Positions 1 to 11,043 of a stretch of 64,000 nt of DNA are shown here, in pieces. The notes beneath the pieces were generated by a model. It did no database searches. It was given only the letters and a program-made list of their open reading frames with translations, and was not told the origin of the DNA. The stretch lies in the NCBI GenBank assembly GCA_963844715.1, contig CAWJPJ010000006.1, positions 256,001 through 320,000 on the forward strand. Direction: 5' to 3'. Made by a program: the position numbers and the translations under genes. The DNA is from an uncultured Phycisphaerales bacterium. Lineage in GTDB: Bacteria > Planctomycetota > Phycisphaerae > Tepidisphaerales > Tepidisphaeraceae. Position 1 is the first letter of the stretch; each line of letters starts with the position of its first letter.

Positions 1-2009
1 AAAAAAGCGGCCAGGGGAATATCCTGCCGCTGATTGTCCAGAACGCGAAGGAGAGAGAGCATGTCGCGAATTTCAGCCGACTCGAAAAATCCGCCGCCGC
101 CGTCGCTGTGAACGGGGATTCCCGCGGCCCGCAGGACTTCGGCGAAATAGTCCGCCTTAAATTTCATGGCGCGAAGCAGAATGACAATGTCGCCGAATTC
201 GATTGGCTGCGGCGTCTGCTTGCCGGAGCCATCGGCGCGCATGACGCTCATCCGCGGCTTGCCGTCCAGGCCGCGCATCTCGCGAATGCGCTTTGCGAGC
301 AGGAACGCCTCGTAATGCGCGCGAGTCAGTTCCGCGCCGGTATCGCCGGTGTCGGATTCGTCTTGCCCGTCGCCGGAGCGAGCGCCTTCTTTCAGGATGT
401 GCAATTCAATCGGCGCGCCGGGGAAACAGTTTGTCGCGGGAAGTGTGGGGAAATTGCCGCGAGCCTGCAAACGCTGGGACTGGTCGTATTCGATCTCGAC
501 GGCGCGGCGGGTCATCAGCTTTTCGAAAACAAAATTGATCGCCTCAAGAAGGGGCGCCCGGCTTCGGAAATTGTCCGGGAGATAGATCACCTCGCCGGCA
601 GCGCCGGGTTTGGAAAACACCGCCTGACGCGAAAGAAACCGTTGCGGGTCCGACAGCCGGAAGCGAAAGATGCTCTGCTTCACGTCGCCGACGCAGAAAA
701 GATTTCCCGGAACCTTGCGATCGGCAAGGCATTCGCGGCTCACGAGCGAGAGGATCGCATCCTGAATGTCATTGATGTCCTGATATTCATCCACCAGAAC
801 GTGCTGGAACTGATCGTGAAACGCGCGGGCGACGGCCGTCGGTTTCCAGCCGGAGCCGGTCCAGGTTCCCAGAACCCGAAGCGTGAAACGTTCCAGGTCG
901 GAAAAATCGAGGGCGCGTTGCTCGGTCTTCGCCGCTGCGTAATCGGTTTCGAAATCGGTGACCAACGAGAGAAACGCCTGGGCATGCGGCAGCACCTCGG
1001 CCATTCCCGCGCGCCACGATTCAGAATCGAACATCAGCAAACTCCGCAGCGATCCCTCTCGAATCTCGTCTTTGACCGCATCGAGGAGGGCCTTGGCGCC
1101 GGCTTTGCCGTCAATTGATTCAGATACGCGCGGGGCCTTGGGAATTTCAAAATCGCGAAATTCGCTGATGAGCATGTCCAGACCTTCGGAGTGGAATACT
1201 GTTTTCCAATGCTCGAAGGCCGCGCGCAGTTCGTCCAACTGATCGGCATACGCCTGAAGGGCGTTACCGCGCGATCGGATGGAGGCGGCGCTGTCGGAAG
1301 ATTGCCGCGACAGATCGGCCAGGGTTTGCTCGATCAACGCCAGCAGCTGCCTTCCAAGCCGGCTTTGGGCCAGGGGCACGTCGGCGGCTTGCCGGATGTC
1401 GGCCAGGGTGCGGGCCTTCCAATCTTCCGGATTGGACAGAGAGCAAAGAAGCTGATGGGTGTGGATGATCTTTTCGGACAGATGCCCGTCATCTCCCTGC
1501 CCGAAGGCGTCGACCAGGCGCGAAAAATCGCCGGTTTCGTCGGATTCGTATCGCCGCTCGAGCAGATCGGCCGCGGTTTCTGTGCGAATCAGATGGGCAT
1601 CGTCGCCGTCGAGAATTCGGAAATTGGGATCGAGCCCGACGAGATGAAAATTCTGGCGCAGGACATTCGCGCAGAAGCTGTGCACCGTGCTGATGCGGGC
1701 ATGCTCTACGAGATCGGCCTGGCGTTGGAGGCGGTCGGAAGGATTTTCCTCGAACCGCCGGCGCAGGGCCGCCTTGATTCGCGTCTTCATTTCCGCGGCC
1801 GCTGAGTCCGTGAACGTGACCACCAGAAGCCGAGCGACGTCGCAAGGCGGGTTCGCGTCGCAAACCAGATGTACGCAGCGCTGGGCAAGAACAGCGGTCT
1901 TGCCTGCCCCCGCGGCCGCACTCACCAGCAAACTCTTGCCGACGGTCGAAAACGCGTCCTTCTGCCGATCCGTCCATGGGCGCGAAGATGGATTCTGCGT
2001 TTCGCTCAT
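1..2009 (-). CDS. addA: ATP-dependent helicase/nuclease AddA (UvrD-type), runs off the left edge
   Basis: Manual translation from ATG 2009: MSETQNPSSRPWTDRQKDAF..LLVSAAAGAGKTAVL (Walker A), LLVVTFTDSAAAEMKTRI, ISTVHSFC, LVDEYQDIN, VGDVKQSIFRFR; ATGA overlap with the addB stop. Confidence 0.9.
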   Translation of the reverse strand, partial: MSETQNPSSRPWTDRQKDAFSTVGKSLLVSAAAGAGKTAVLAQRCVHLVCDANPPCDVARLLVVTFTDSAAAEMKTRIKAALRRRFEENPSDRLQRQADLVEHARISTVHSFCANVLRQNFHLVGLDPNFRILDGDDAHLIRTETAADLLERRYESDETGDFSRLVDAFGQGDDGHLSEKIIHTHQLLCSLSNPEDWKARTLADIRQAADVPLAQSRLGRQLLALIEQTLADLSRQSSDSAASIRSRGNALQAYADQLDELRAAFEHWKTVFHSEGLDMLISEFRDFEIPKAPRVSESIDGKAGAKALLDAVKDEIREGSLRSLLMFDSESWRAGMAEVLPHAQAFLSLVTDFETDYAAAKTEQRALDFSDLERFTLRVLGTWTGSGWKPTAVARAFHDQFQHVLVDEYQDINDIQDAILSLVSRECLADRKVPGNLFCVGDVKQSIFRFRLSDPQRFLSRQAVFSKPGAAGEVIYLPDNFRSRAPLLEAINFVFEKLMTRRAVEIEYDQSQRLQARGNFPTLPATNCFPGAPIELHILKEGARSGDGQDESDTGDTGAELTRAHYEAFLLAKRIREMRGLDGKPRMSVMRADGSGKQTPQPIEFGDIVILLRAMKFKADYFAEVLRAAGIPVHSDGGGGFFESAEIRDMLSLLRVLDNQRQDIPLAAF

Positions 2010-5000
2010 TTCGAGACTCTCTCGATCATCTCCTGGCGATCCAGGCTCTCCAGGTGCTCATACCGACCCAGTCCGCGATCGAAGCGGCACACATCCTGAA
2101 GCTCACACCGAGCGCATGGTGATTGCCCGCCCAGCATGTACGGGCGGATGGAAATATTTCCGGTGAGAATTCCGTCGGCCAGCGCACCGATCTGATCCCG
2201 CGTGTGATCCAGAAGCCCGTTCAAGGCGGCTTTCTCGACCGCGTCGGACCTGCCGATATTTCCGATCCGTCCGTCCCGGGTCACGCTGACGTTCAATACC
2301 TGCGAGAGCGAGCCGGCAAACTGCTTGTCGAACCGCGTTACCGCGGCGATATCGACGATCCCGCGCGGCTTGTTTTGCAGGTGGAAGTTCGCCTCGTCGG
2401 GCGTCGGGGCCTTGGACGGGTCGTCTTGCTCGATCTCTCTGTCCAAGCCTACGGAAAACGCGGCGACGGGGGATATCTTGTCCTTTGAAATATGCCGGGC
2501 GTTCTCGCGCAGGGCGAGCAGATCGACAAGAAGCCGCAGGGTCACGCCGTGATATGCCGCGGCCGCGTGGAGCGCGCCGGTCTTGAGCCGGTAGTCGATC
2601 ACGGCCGCCAGTCCGTCGGGCGTGACATCGACGCGGTCGATTTTCCCGTGAATCAGGATTTGCTCGCCTCGCGGCGTTTGGATGTGAAGAGGCGGCATTC
2701 CGCCGGACTCGTCTCCAAAGGAAAGGTGCGCCCAGCGCGGTCGAAAATCGCCGCGCTGCGCGGCGGCGGATTGTTCGGCGGCAACGCGGCGCAGGGTCTG
2801 CGCCATACGGTCGATGAGATATCGGCTGCGCGAGGTCGGCAAAAGCAGTTCGCTGTTTAATCGTTCGGCCGCGCGCTCGATCAGGGCGGTCATCGCCTCG
2901 GGGGATTGCTGAATCTCCGCCCATGACAATTGCGATTGAATCAGCTCGCGCGTGATTTCTTTCAACACGTCGTGGTAGATATGGGAAAGATCGGATGGGC
3001 GCGTGCGGCGCTCCTGGCGGGCAATCAGGTGCAGCCCGTGCCGGGCAAAATGGCGATAGGGGCAGGCCCGGAAATCCTCAATCTGGCGAATGGGGACCTT
3101 CAAAGGCGAAGTAAATAAGCGCCCGGAGATTTCGTCGGGGAGCTTGGCTTCGTTCGTGTAGCTGAGGGATTTCCAGTGCCGGCGCGGGTGGCATCCAAAG
3201 GATCGGATTGCGGCGGCCGGCGCGCCAGCCAATCGTAAACCCTTCGCCAGGCGTCGGCGTCAGCCGGGTCTTCGTTGCGAACCCAGTGCATCAATCCGCC
3301 CAGCAATTGACGAGGCGTCGCCAGCAAGGAAAGCGGCAGCCGATCCTCGTTCGGTCCGAGTTCGATCGGGGCATGAGGGAACAATTCGCGCAAACGCAGC
3401 CAAAACGGCGAAGGCGCGACCGGCTGCCCGGGCTTCACGTGCCGCACGGAGCGCGTGAGGAGGAGGCGATCCGACGCCCGCGTGAACGCAATGTACGCGA
3501 GGAAATTCTCGTCGAGAAGCTGCCGCTGCGTGTTGGGTTCGAGATCGATTTTCTTTTGGTCCAGCGCCCGGCGATCGGAATCCGTGAAGACCGTCCCCTC
3601 GCGATTGAGCCGGGGAAATTGCCCTTCGCTAAGGCCCAGAATCGCGCACGCCTTGATCGGCGGCGTTCGCGTTCGATCGATCGACCCGACCAACACCTGA
3701 TCCACCGTCGGCGGGGCAATCGCCAGTTGCAAATCTTCGAGCGCCAGATCCAGAAGAGATTGAAAGTCCGCCAGATTCGTCGGCTGATCGCCCAGCAACT
3801 CCACCATCTCGTCAAACAGCGCGGAAATTTCGTCCCAGACGAGTTTGTGCTCGGCTTCTTCCTCAAACCGGTTACGGGCGCGAGCGCGATCCATCCATGC
3901 GGCGACGCACGCGCGGACTTTGAGGGATTCGAGCAATTTGAAAACCGCCAAGGCCATGCCGCGGATGGTTTGATTCTGCGTTTTCACCGATTGAACGAAG
4001 GGAATCAGCGGCCCGACCAATCGTTTGCGAAAGGACTCCGGCGCTGGGCGTCGATCGCTTCAGGTGAAGGTTCATCCGCGTCCTCACCCGCGCCGGCGAG
4101 CGTGCCACGGCTGAGCCGGTGTCCATAACCCGTGATCGATCCCTTGCTGAAGAACATAATTCTCCAGCTCGTCCGCCTCCTGCGGTTTCAAATCAGTCAG
4201 ATCGGTTTTAAGCAGCGCCAGAACCGCATCGCGTGGGAAATTTCCTTTGGCGACCACCAGTGCCGCGCGAATCAATCGCGGCAGGGGATGGTGTGCAGCG
4301 GTTCGACGGCGATCAATAAAGAATGGAATCCCATGTTCGTGGAAGGAGGCGTCGATAAACGAGCGGTAGTCCTCCTCCGTGCGCATCAGAACCGCAATCT
4401 CGCGATAACGCAGCCCCTCGGCCACGCGAGCTTGTATCCAGCGCGCGGCGGCATCGACCTCCGATCGGCGGTCGTCAGCTTCATTAAATTCGATCGATGA
4501 ATCAGAATCCGGTTTCCCGTCAATTTCGCGCTGCGATGATCCGCTGAAGTCGTGTTCCAGGCGCACTAAATCGGCCGTTTGAAATCGATAGAGCTTGCGA
4601 AGCGCCATTGAATCGTCAATTGCGATCTTCTGTTTTGACAGGGCGAACCAAAGACTTCGATAGGCCTCGATAGAGCGGCGCAGCGGATCGAGTTCGTGAG
4701 GGATCTTGTGGACGTCCGGAACGGACGGATGATCCGGATCGATCGTCAACGTCACAAATACGTGCCGGCATGTTTTGGCCAGGGCGGCGAGCACTTCCCT
4801 CTGGCGATGGGTGAAGTCAAAAAACGAATCGACATACACATCCGCGTCGCGCAACGACGGTGCCCGGGCGATGGAAGCCGTGGCATTGCCGAGGCGTAGA
4901 TGCGGGTCGAGGCGATCCTGGCCCAAAAATTCCGTGTAGGCTGAATAGATCAGATTGAGATCGTGAATCTTGGAATCCAGCGATGGGCTGGAGAATTTCC

Positions 5001-5433
5001 CCGAGTTTTCGTTCAGATCGGCGGCCGTGACCCCGCAGCGTTCCATTTCCGCCAGCGTCGCATCCAGTTTCGCCGCCATGCCTGGCTGGAGGGCGACCTG
5101 ATTGAAGAATTGAAGCCGCGGCTGGAGATGCCGAAGAACGTGCCCGAGAATCAACCGCCGCCCGATTTCGGAGATTTCCGCCGTCGCGGCGCCGCCGCAT
5201 TCCGTCAAAACATGCCGCCCGAGATCTTCGAACGAAAAGACCCGGCAGCGGAAATACCCAGGGAGTTTGCCGGAGCACGCCAGCTCTCGTTCTGCCTGAA
5301 AAGTCGCCTGTCGCGGCACGAGCCAGAAGATGGGTTTACCCAGAGGATCAGCCTGGCAAGCCTGAACGATTTGCTCCAGGCACCATGCTGTCTTGCCAGA
5401 CCCTGCCCGACCTAGGATGAATTTCACGCTCAT
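2006..5433 (-). CDS. addB: Helicase/nuclease AddB (PD-(D/E)XK nuclease); two apparent frameshifts near 4090 and 3190
   Basis: MSVKFILGRAGSGKT N-terminus, LAYIAFTRAS, CPYRHFARHGL, GKIDRVD..VIDY, C-terminal PCARCELQDVCRFD Fe-S cysteines; spread over ORFs 4084-5463, 3100-4020 and 2006-3232. Confidence 0.9.
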
Positions 5434-5496
5434 TTCCGAATCCGAACAATATCCTAACACCATACCTTTTTCGGGTCGGCGTTACAAATCGGAAAT

Positions 5497-6014
5497 TCAA
5501 AGATGAAACGGGGCGGCGATGCAAAGGATCAGGATGAACATCACCCCGCCGAATACGAATTTGGTCACGATCCCCAAAATTTCCCCTTGGCGGCCCCCAG
5601 CCCGATTTGAATGGATTCGATCGTTTGCCGCCCGTAGATCATTTCCATAATCGTCGCCCCGGCAAAGGCCCCGACGCAGATCCCGATGATGGTGCTAATG
5701 ATGGGAATCGGAACCAAACTAAGGAATATTCCCCCCAGGATTCCGCCCCCAAGTTCGCCGAATACGGCCGCCTTCCCACCTCCCGCCTTTCTTGCCGCCG
5801 CGCCTCCCCAGCCGAGATCAATGGCTTCCGCCACGGCGGACAGAACCAGCAGGGTGATCAGCGTATAGAGTCCGACAAAACGGAAATGCGTCAGGGCGGC
5901 GTAGCCGGCGGTGGCCGCCGTCATAAGCCACAGCCCCGGCAATGTAAAGGCGACCAGAACCAGACCGCCAACCAAAAAGAGGAAGAGAATCAGAAAATAG
6001 AGCCAGGGGAGCAT
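5497..6014 (-). CDS. DUF456-family membrane protein (frameshift near 5575)
   Basis: Hydrophobic, Gly-rich: LPGLWLM, GAAARKAGGGKAAVFG, GAFAGA..ME; C-terminus continues in another frame as GIVTKFVFGGVMFILIL to a stop at 5497. Confidence 0.7.
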
Positions 6015-6730
6015 TAAATGACAATCATCCGCGAAAGCCGCCAGATCGTCCATGCCATCAGCAGGAGGACGATGAACTCCAAAACCGTCAGAATGACTCT
6101 GCGCCAGTATCCCCGGCGGATTTTCCCGGCCGTGGCGCCCACGTCGGCGACGATCTTGTCTTCCGGCGGAGTCAGCGACGCATAGACGCCCGTCAGCACG
6201 GTTGCCTGGGCGTCAAACCCATCCCCGGCGATCTTTTTCAGGGCGTCCGTTGCTGCGGCGAGGTGATTCGATGCGGCCGTGATCGAACAATCCATGGCAA
6301 TCGCCAATTGCCGCAGTTCTAATCGCTCCCCCCGACTAAGCAGAAACGCCTCCCGCTGCTGCGGGGGGAGAATTCGCAAGGCCCGCACAAACGCGAGATA
6401 CGCCGGCGTCGGGCTCCCGACGTGCTGAATGAGATAATCGTTCTCCGGCCTGGGCGATGTCGCCCCGACGATTTCACGCGTGACAAGGATCGTGTGATGC
6501 AGGAACCAGTTGTCCGATTCCTGAGCCGTTTTCCATTTGGGTAGAAACTGGACGCACGAGCGCATGACGCGCTTGACGATTTTCCTGGCCGTCACGGGGC
6601 GCGTCGCCAGCGCATGAGCAACCCGGCAGACTTGCCCATATTGCACACGCAAAAGCCGGTTCAACGCCGCGGATTGCATTCCCGCCGCGGCGTGCACCAA
6701 GTCGTCTTTATCGAGCGAGTCAACCTTCAT
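6014..6730 (-). CDS. Degenerate ECF sigma-70-like protein with a C-terminal transmembrane helix
   Basis: Region-4-like ALRILPPQQREAFLL..LRQLAIAMDCS; C-terminal hydrophobic VILTVLEFIVLLLMAWTIW. Confidence 0.6.
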   Translation of the reverse strand: MKVDSLDKDDLVHAAAGMQSAALNRLLRVQYGQVCRVAHALATRPVTARKIVKRVMRSCVQFLPKWKTAQESDNWFLHHTILVTREIVGATSPRPENDYLIQHVGSPTPAYLAFVRALRILPPQQREAFLLSRGERLELRQLAIAMDCSITAASNHLAAATDALKKIAGDGFDAQATVLTGVYASLTPPEDKIVADVGATAGKIRRGYWRRVILTVLEFIVLLLMAWTIWRLSRMIVI

Positions 6731-8329
6731 TCAATTGGTGGCTTGAATGCACACCGTCGCCGGTTTGATCCGGGCCACGATCTCCTCGGTCGTCATCTGG
6801 TGCATATCGGGCCCTGTGGCGGCGGGCTCTATAGAAATGTGATTCTTTGCCAGAAAAGTCCGGATATGCCCGCTGCTGATCCCGACGCCGTAGGTATCCT
6901 CGCGGTCGGATTCCGAGATCGTTTTCATCGAGACGATGGCCATGATATTCCCATATTGATCCGCGATCGGGCCGCCGCTGTTTCCGGGATTCACCTTCGC
7001 GTCGGTGAGCACGTCCGCGCCGTTGACATCGGTGTCGGCGGCCGAAGAGACGATCCCGCGCGTTACTTTGATATCCGAACCGAGACGATCGAGCAGCGGG
7101 AACCCGAGCACCACGCAATCCGCCCCATCCTGCGGGGAATCCGTCGGGCTCAGATGTGCGAAGCTGACCGGGTCCTTGGTTTTCACGCGAATCAAAGCCA
7201 GGTCCTGATCGTCGTCGATGGCCACCACCGTACCCGTTAACTGCTGACTGCCCATTACAACCAGAAGCGATTTACTTCCTTTGACGACGTGCCGGTTGGT
7301 GAGAATCAACCCGTCAGGAGTAATGAAGAACCCGCTCCCTTCCCATGCCCAATCCGGCGCCGCCGATTCATCCCCGCTGCCGGGCTGGGGCCGGGCGTCC
7401 ATCGGCGGCGGAAGAAACGTGAAGTCCCGCGTTGCGCCGGAGATGTTGTACTTTGCCGCCAGCAGATTCGACGCGTCGATCGCATCCCGAAATCGCGGCA
7501 ACGATTTCACGTACCCCGGCGCATCCTGGAGGGCGTTGACCATGTTCTGCACGATCACCTGTGAATCGCGAATCTGCACTGCCTTCTGGAAAGTATCGAG
7601 CGATTCGTCGTAATAGCTATGGAAGTAATAGACGATCGCCAAATTGTTCAGCGCCGGAATTGACTGCGGCTGAATGCGCACGGCCTCGGCGTAGTATTGC
7701 ATCGCGTCGTCGTACTGCTTTTCGTCCATCTCAATAAAGCCCATCAGAAAATTCGCCGTGAACGAATTGGGATATATTTTCAAAGCCCCTTTGAGCTTAT
7801 CGACGGATTGAAGCGTTTCATGCTGATTCCAAAGGTCCCATGCCTGATCGATGAGGTCGTTGGACTGCCGCACCATCTGCTTGAGTTGGTCCCCGCCGAT
7901 CCATCGCCCGTCGACTTTTTCCGCGTTCTCATCGGCCAAATCTTTCCAATGCTTCAACTCATCCTGAGCCAGCGATAGATCGGGGCTCGAAGGGTTGTCC
8001 TGGACAAATTCCTGCCAGATCGCAACGGCCGCCGACGGCGCCGCGGAAGCTTCGGCGCGATTGTGCGCTGCGCTGAATTCCGGAGTCGAGCCTGACGGGC
8101 GCCGGAATCGCCGGCAGCGCTGGAATCCGGCGTGTAGGACGCGACGTCCGCGGCCGCGATGAAATGCGATTGCCCGTCCGACGTCTTGACCCAATATTGC
8201 TCCCCCTGGGGGATGACGGTGCCATCGACTTCGGTGCCGTCCTTCAGCATGAGTTTCGCCGCTTGCGCAAAGCGGCGTCAGCAAGCCGACGATCGCCAGC
8301 ACGAAATAAATCAAGCGCCGCTGCGGCAT
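6731..8329 (-). CDS. Secreted TPR + trypsin-like (HtrA/S1C) serine protease
   Basis: Signal peptide, TPR-like helices, GSGFFITPDGLILTNRHVV, DLALI, NPGNSGGP; compensating frameshifts around 8100-8260 (the real segment is probably LKDGTEVDGTVIPQGEQYWVKT). Confidence 0.85.
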   Translation of the reverse strand: MPQRRLIYFVLAIVGLLTPLCASGETHAEGRHRSRWHRHPPGGAILGQDVGRAIAFHRGRGRRVLHAGFQRCRRFRRPSGSTPEFSAAHNRAEASAAPSAAVAIWQEFVQDNPSSPDLSLAQDELKHWKDLADENAEKVDGRWIGGDQLKQMVRQSNDLIDQAWDLWNQHETLQSVDKLKGALKIYPNSFTANFLMGFIEMDEKQYDDAMQYYAEAVRIQPQSIPALNNLAIVYYFHSYYDESLDTFQKAVQIRDSQVIVQNMVNALQDAPGYVKSLPRFRDAIDASNLLAAKYNISGATRDFTFLPPPMDARPQPGSGDESAAPDWAWEGSGFFITPDGLILTNRHVVKGSKSLLVVMGSQQLTGTVVAIDDDQDLALIRVKTKDPVSFAHLSPTDSPQDGADCVVLGFPLLDRLGSDIKVTRGIVSSAADTDVNGADVLTDAKVNPGNSGGPIADQYGNIMAIVSMKTISESDREDTYGVGISSGHIRTFLAKNHISIEPAATGPDMHQMTTEEIVARIKPATVCIQATN

Positions 8330-9111
8330 AGCGACTCCTTTGCCGGGTGCCCCGCGAGGCGCGGCAGAACATATTGCGTCACGCGCAATCGCTTGCCCAA
8401 GGCGTGCTCGATATGTGCCGAGAGAATCCGATTCACCGGGTCGGTCTGATGACGAGTCAGACGCGGCAGGCGATTTCGATCGGCGCTGGGAAGAATCTGT
8501 TGAATCAGTCGAAGCAGCCGAATGTCCAGACTCATCGCGTCCGGAAACGAATCACGGCATCGGGAGCAGACGATCCCGCCGCGCGCGGGGCTGAATCCGA
8601 CCACACCTCGTGAATCCGGCTCCGAAGAGCACGCAACGCAGATTCCGAGTTCCGGCAAAAAACCTGATTCGCGCAGCAGATCGAGTTGAAACGCAAGAAA
8701 CGCCTCTTCGCGCTGAGTCGTGCCCAGCAGAGGCAGCAGATTCTCCAGCGCGTCGAACACTGCCGGGTGCGGGTCACGTTCTTCGATCAGTGTGCCGAGC
8801 AATTCGCCGGCGTAGAGCGCGAGATAAAGCCCCCGGAGTTGCTTGCGCAGGCCCAGATTTCCCTCGCTGAGTTTCCATTCGGTGAGCGTGGCCAATTCGT
8901 GCGAAGCGTCGCCGGTGAAAACCGCTTGGCCGGAATCGAGTAGATCGATCCCTCCGTCAAATCGGCTGGCCCCCGCTTTGGTCCGGCGATGGGCCCCCTT
9001 GGCGATCAGCTGCAGAATCCCGTGCTCCCGGCCAAAAAGAGTGACGATCTGCGACGTCTCGCTGTACTCAGTCTTGCGCAGACAAATACAGCGGTCGGCG
9101 GCCAACGGCAT
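8311..9111 (-). CDS. recO: DNA repair protein RecO
   Basis: ICLRKTEYSETSQIVTLFGREHGILQLIAKGA; LLRESGFLPELGICVAC..GGIVCSRC zinc motif. Confidence 0.9.
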   Translation of the reverse strand: MPLAADRCICLRKTEYSETSQIVTLFGREHGILQLIAKGAHRRTKAGASRFDGGIDLLDSGQAVFTGDASHELATLTEWKLSEGNLGLRKQLRGLYLALYAGELLGTLIEERDPHPAVFDALENLLPLLGTTQREEAFLAFQLDLLRESGFLPELGICVACSSEPDSRGVVGFSPARGGIVCSRCRDSFPDAMSLDIRLLRLIQQILPSADRNRLPRLTRHQTDPVNRILSAHIEHALGKRLRVTQYVLPRLAGHPAKESLCRSGA

Positions 9112-9138
9112 GCCAACATTATAGTAGTCGGCGCCCAA

Positions 9139-9200
9139 GAGTTGCCAGTTGCTCCGATTTGCATCCACTGGCAACTGGCAACTAACAACTGGCAACTATT
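9139..9200. repeat. Heptamer-periodic palindromic intergenic repeat (GTTGCCA / CTGGCAA)
   Basis: gagttgccagttgc ... actggcaactggcaactaacaactggcaac; the same unit recurs at 60664-60695. Confidence 0.7.
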
Positions 9201-9201
9201 C

Positions 9202-10044
9202 CTATTGCTGCATTTGGTTCAGCCGGAAGAGCTCCAACTGGTCTCCCAGCGACTGTGTGGAGGATCCGGTGTTGGTTCGGGCCAGAACCACCCGCTTGTA
9301 AAGGGCGAAAAACGCGTCCGCCGAGTCGTTGGGAATAAAATACCACTTGTCCTCAAACTTGCGGCAAATGTGATATGTCCCATCCGCCGGGCGGTCGTCG
9401 CTGCAAAGCAGCCGGCCCCGGGGAACCGGCGGCGGGACAGCCTTCGGCGGCATCGGCGTCGTCAGCTCCACCTTATAAACGGCGTTGGTTTGAAACTCCT
9501 GCGAAACCTGCACGGGTTGCGCCGGCCCGGTCGATTTCTCCCCCGGCTCGACGGGAACGGTCGTCGGCCGCGTTTCCGGCCCCGAGGTCTCTTCGCCGGT
9601 TTTGATATTGATTCCCAGGTACTGCTCGTAGGCGTCGTAAACAGTCGGGTCGCAGACCGGCTCGCCGGTCAGCGTGAGCTGGACGGTTTGATCCTGAAGG
9701 GCGCCAAACGTCGGGCCGGCCGAAATCTGGCGAAGGGGCGTTTGCGTCCCCCCGGCGATCGCGAAGGAATTGTGCGTCATTATTTGCGAATACCCGGCGG
9801 TGCCTTGCGTCAGGCTCGTGACGGTCCCGGTCATCGTGCGATAGTCCACCTCGATCACCGGAAGCCGCAACTGCGTGCGGATGAGATTATCCATCACCTC
9901 GTCCTGGTACATGTCCAGGAGCGCTTGGCGGATTCCCATCTGGTCATTCTCCAGCAGTTGCGGGCGGCAGCCGCTGAAAAGAATTGCCGCCACGGCGGCG
10001 AGGAGCCCCCATCCGAGCCCTTTTAGTTTTTCAGCGCCATTCAT
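9202..10044 (-). CDS. Hypothetical lipoprotein
   Basis: Signal peptide with lipobox-like ILFSGC; no family recognised. Confidence 0.65.
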   Translation of the reverse strand: MNGAEKLKGLGWGLLAAVAAILFSGCRPQLLENDQMGIRQALLDMYQDEVMDNLIRTQLRLPVIEVDYRTMTGTVTSLTQGTAGYSQIMTHNSFAIAGGTQTPLRQISAGPTFGALQDQTVQLTLTGEPVCDPTVYDAYEQYLGINIKTGEETSGPETRPTTVPVEPGEKSTGPAQPVQVSQEFQTNAVYKVELTTPMPPKAVPPPVPRGRLLCSDDRPADGTYHICRKFEDKWYFIPNDSADAFFALYKRVVLARTNTGSSTQSLGDQLELFRLNQMQQ

Positions 10045-10158
10045 GAATTTGAGCCTATCGAAAAGCCTTTGGAACGTAAACAAACCGCACGATTCGCCAC
10101 AGGACGGATGGGTTTTGCAAACCCATATGGATTGCCTAAACTGCCCGGTCTATTGTCC

Positions 10159-10231
<73 letters not shown>

Positions 10232-10269
10232 ATTGCAGGCCCGGCCGCGCGAGGGGTATAAAGGAACTC

Positions 10270-11043
10270 ATGGATATCGACCTGATGGTCCTCAACGTCG
10301 GCAATTCCCGCCTGGGAATCGGCACTTTTTCAGCCGGCAGTTTGGACCATGTGACGCATGTCGCGCACGCCTCCAAAGGGGATTGGCCCGGTTTGATCAA
10401 TCGGGCCTGGGGGCGCATCTCGAGCAAACCCTCGCCGGCCGTGGCGGGCGCGTCCGTTAATCCCAATATTGACGACGAACTGGAGACACTTGTTCTAAAG
10501 CTCACCAATCGGCCCATTCAATGGGTGGGGGAGGAACTCGATTTCCCTGTGCCGGTGAAAACCGTCGAGCCAAAGAATACCGGCGTGGATCGGATATTGA
10601 ACGTCGCGGCGGCGTTCGAGCAGATGCAAAAAGCATGCGTGGTCGTCGATGCGGGGACGGCCATCACCGTCGACTGCTGCGGGGAAAAAGGGGAATTCCT
10701 CGGCGGCGCGATCGCCCCGGGCCTGGCCATGATGCTCGACGCATTGCATGAGAAAACCGCCGGCCTCCCGCGCGTGGAATTCCAAATCCCGACCGCTTCG
10801 TACGGCAACACGACGGAGTCCGCGATCTGCCAAGGGGTCTTCCATGCCATCCGAGGACTGGTGCGCGATTTCGCGGAGAATTACGCGACGGATCTCGGCA
10901 CATGGCCCGAGGTGATCGCCACCGGCGGCGATGCCCGCCTTCTTTTCGAAAACTGGGAACTCATTCACGCCATCTCGCCCGAACTCACGCTTTACGGCAT
11001 CGCCCTGGCGTACACCAACCACTACGTCAACCACCCAACGTGA
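10270..11043 (+). CDS. coaX: Type III pantothenate kinase
   Basis: LNVGNSRL, GVDR, VVDAGTAITVD..FLGGAIAPG, IATGGDA, LTLYGI motifs. Confidence 0.92.
   Translation: MDIDLMVLNVGNSRLGIGTFSAGSLDHVTHVAHASKGDWPGLINRAWGRISSKPSPAVAGASVNPNIDDELETLVLKLTNRPIQWVGEELDFPVPVKTVEPKNTGVDRILNVAAAFEQMQKACVVVDAGTAITVDCCGEKGEFLGGAIAPGLAMMLDALHEKTAGLPRVEFQIPTASYGNTTESAICQGVFHAIRGLVRDFAENYATDLGTWPEVIATGGDARLLFENWELIHAISPELTLYGIALAYTNHYVNHPT

Noticed and set aside
108..1805. Plus-strand ORFs of 336 and 204 aa
   Set aside because: Antisense shadows of addA in high-GC DNA. The same applies to most overlapping ORFs in the track.
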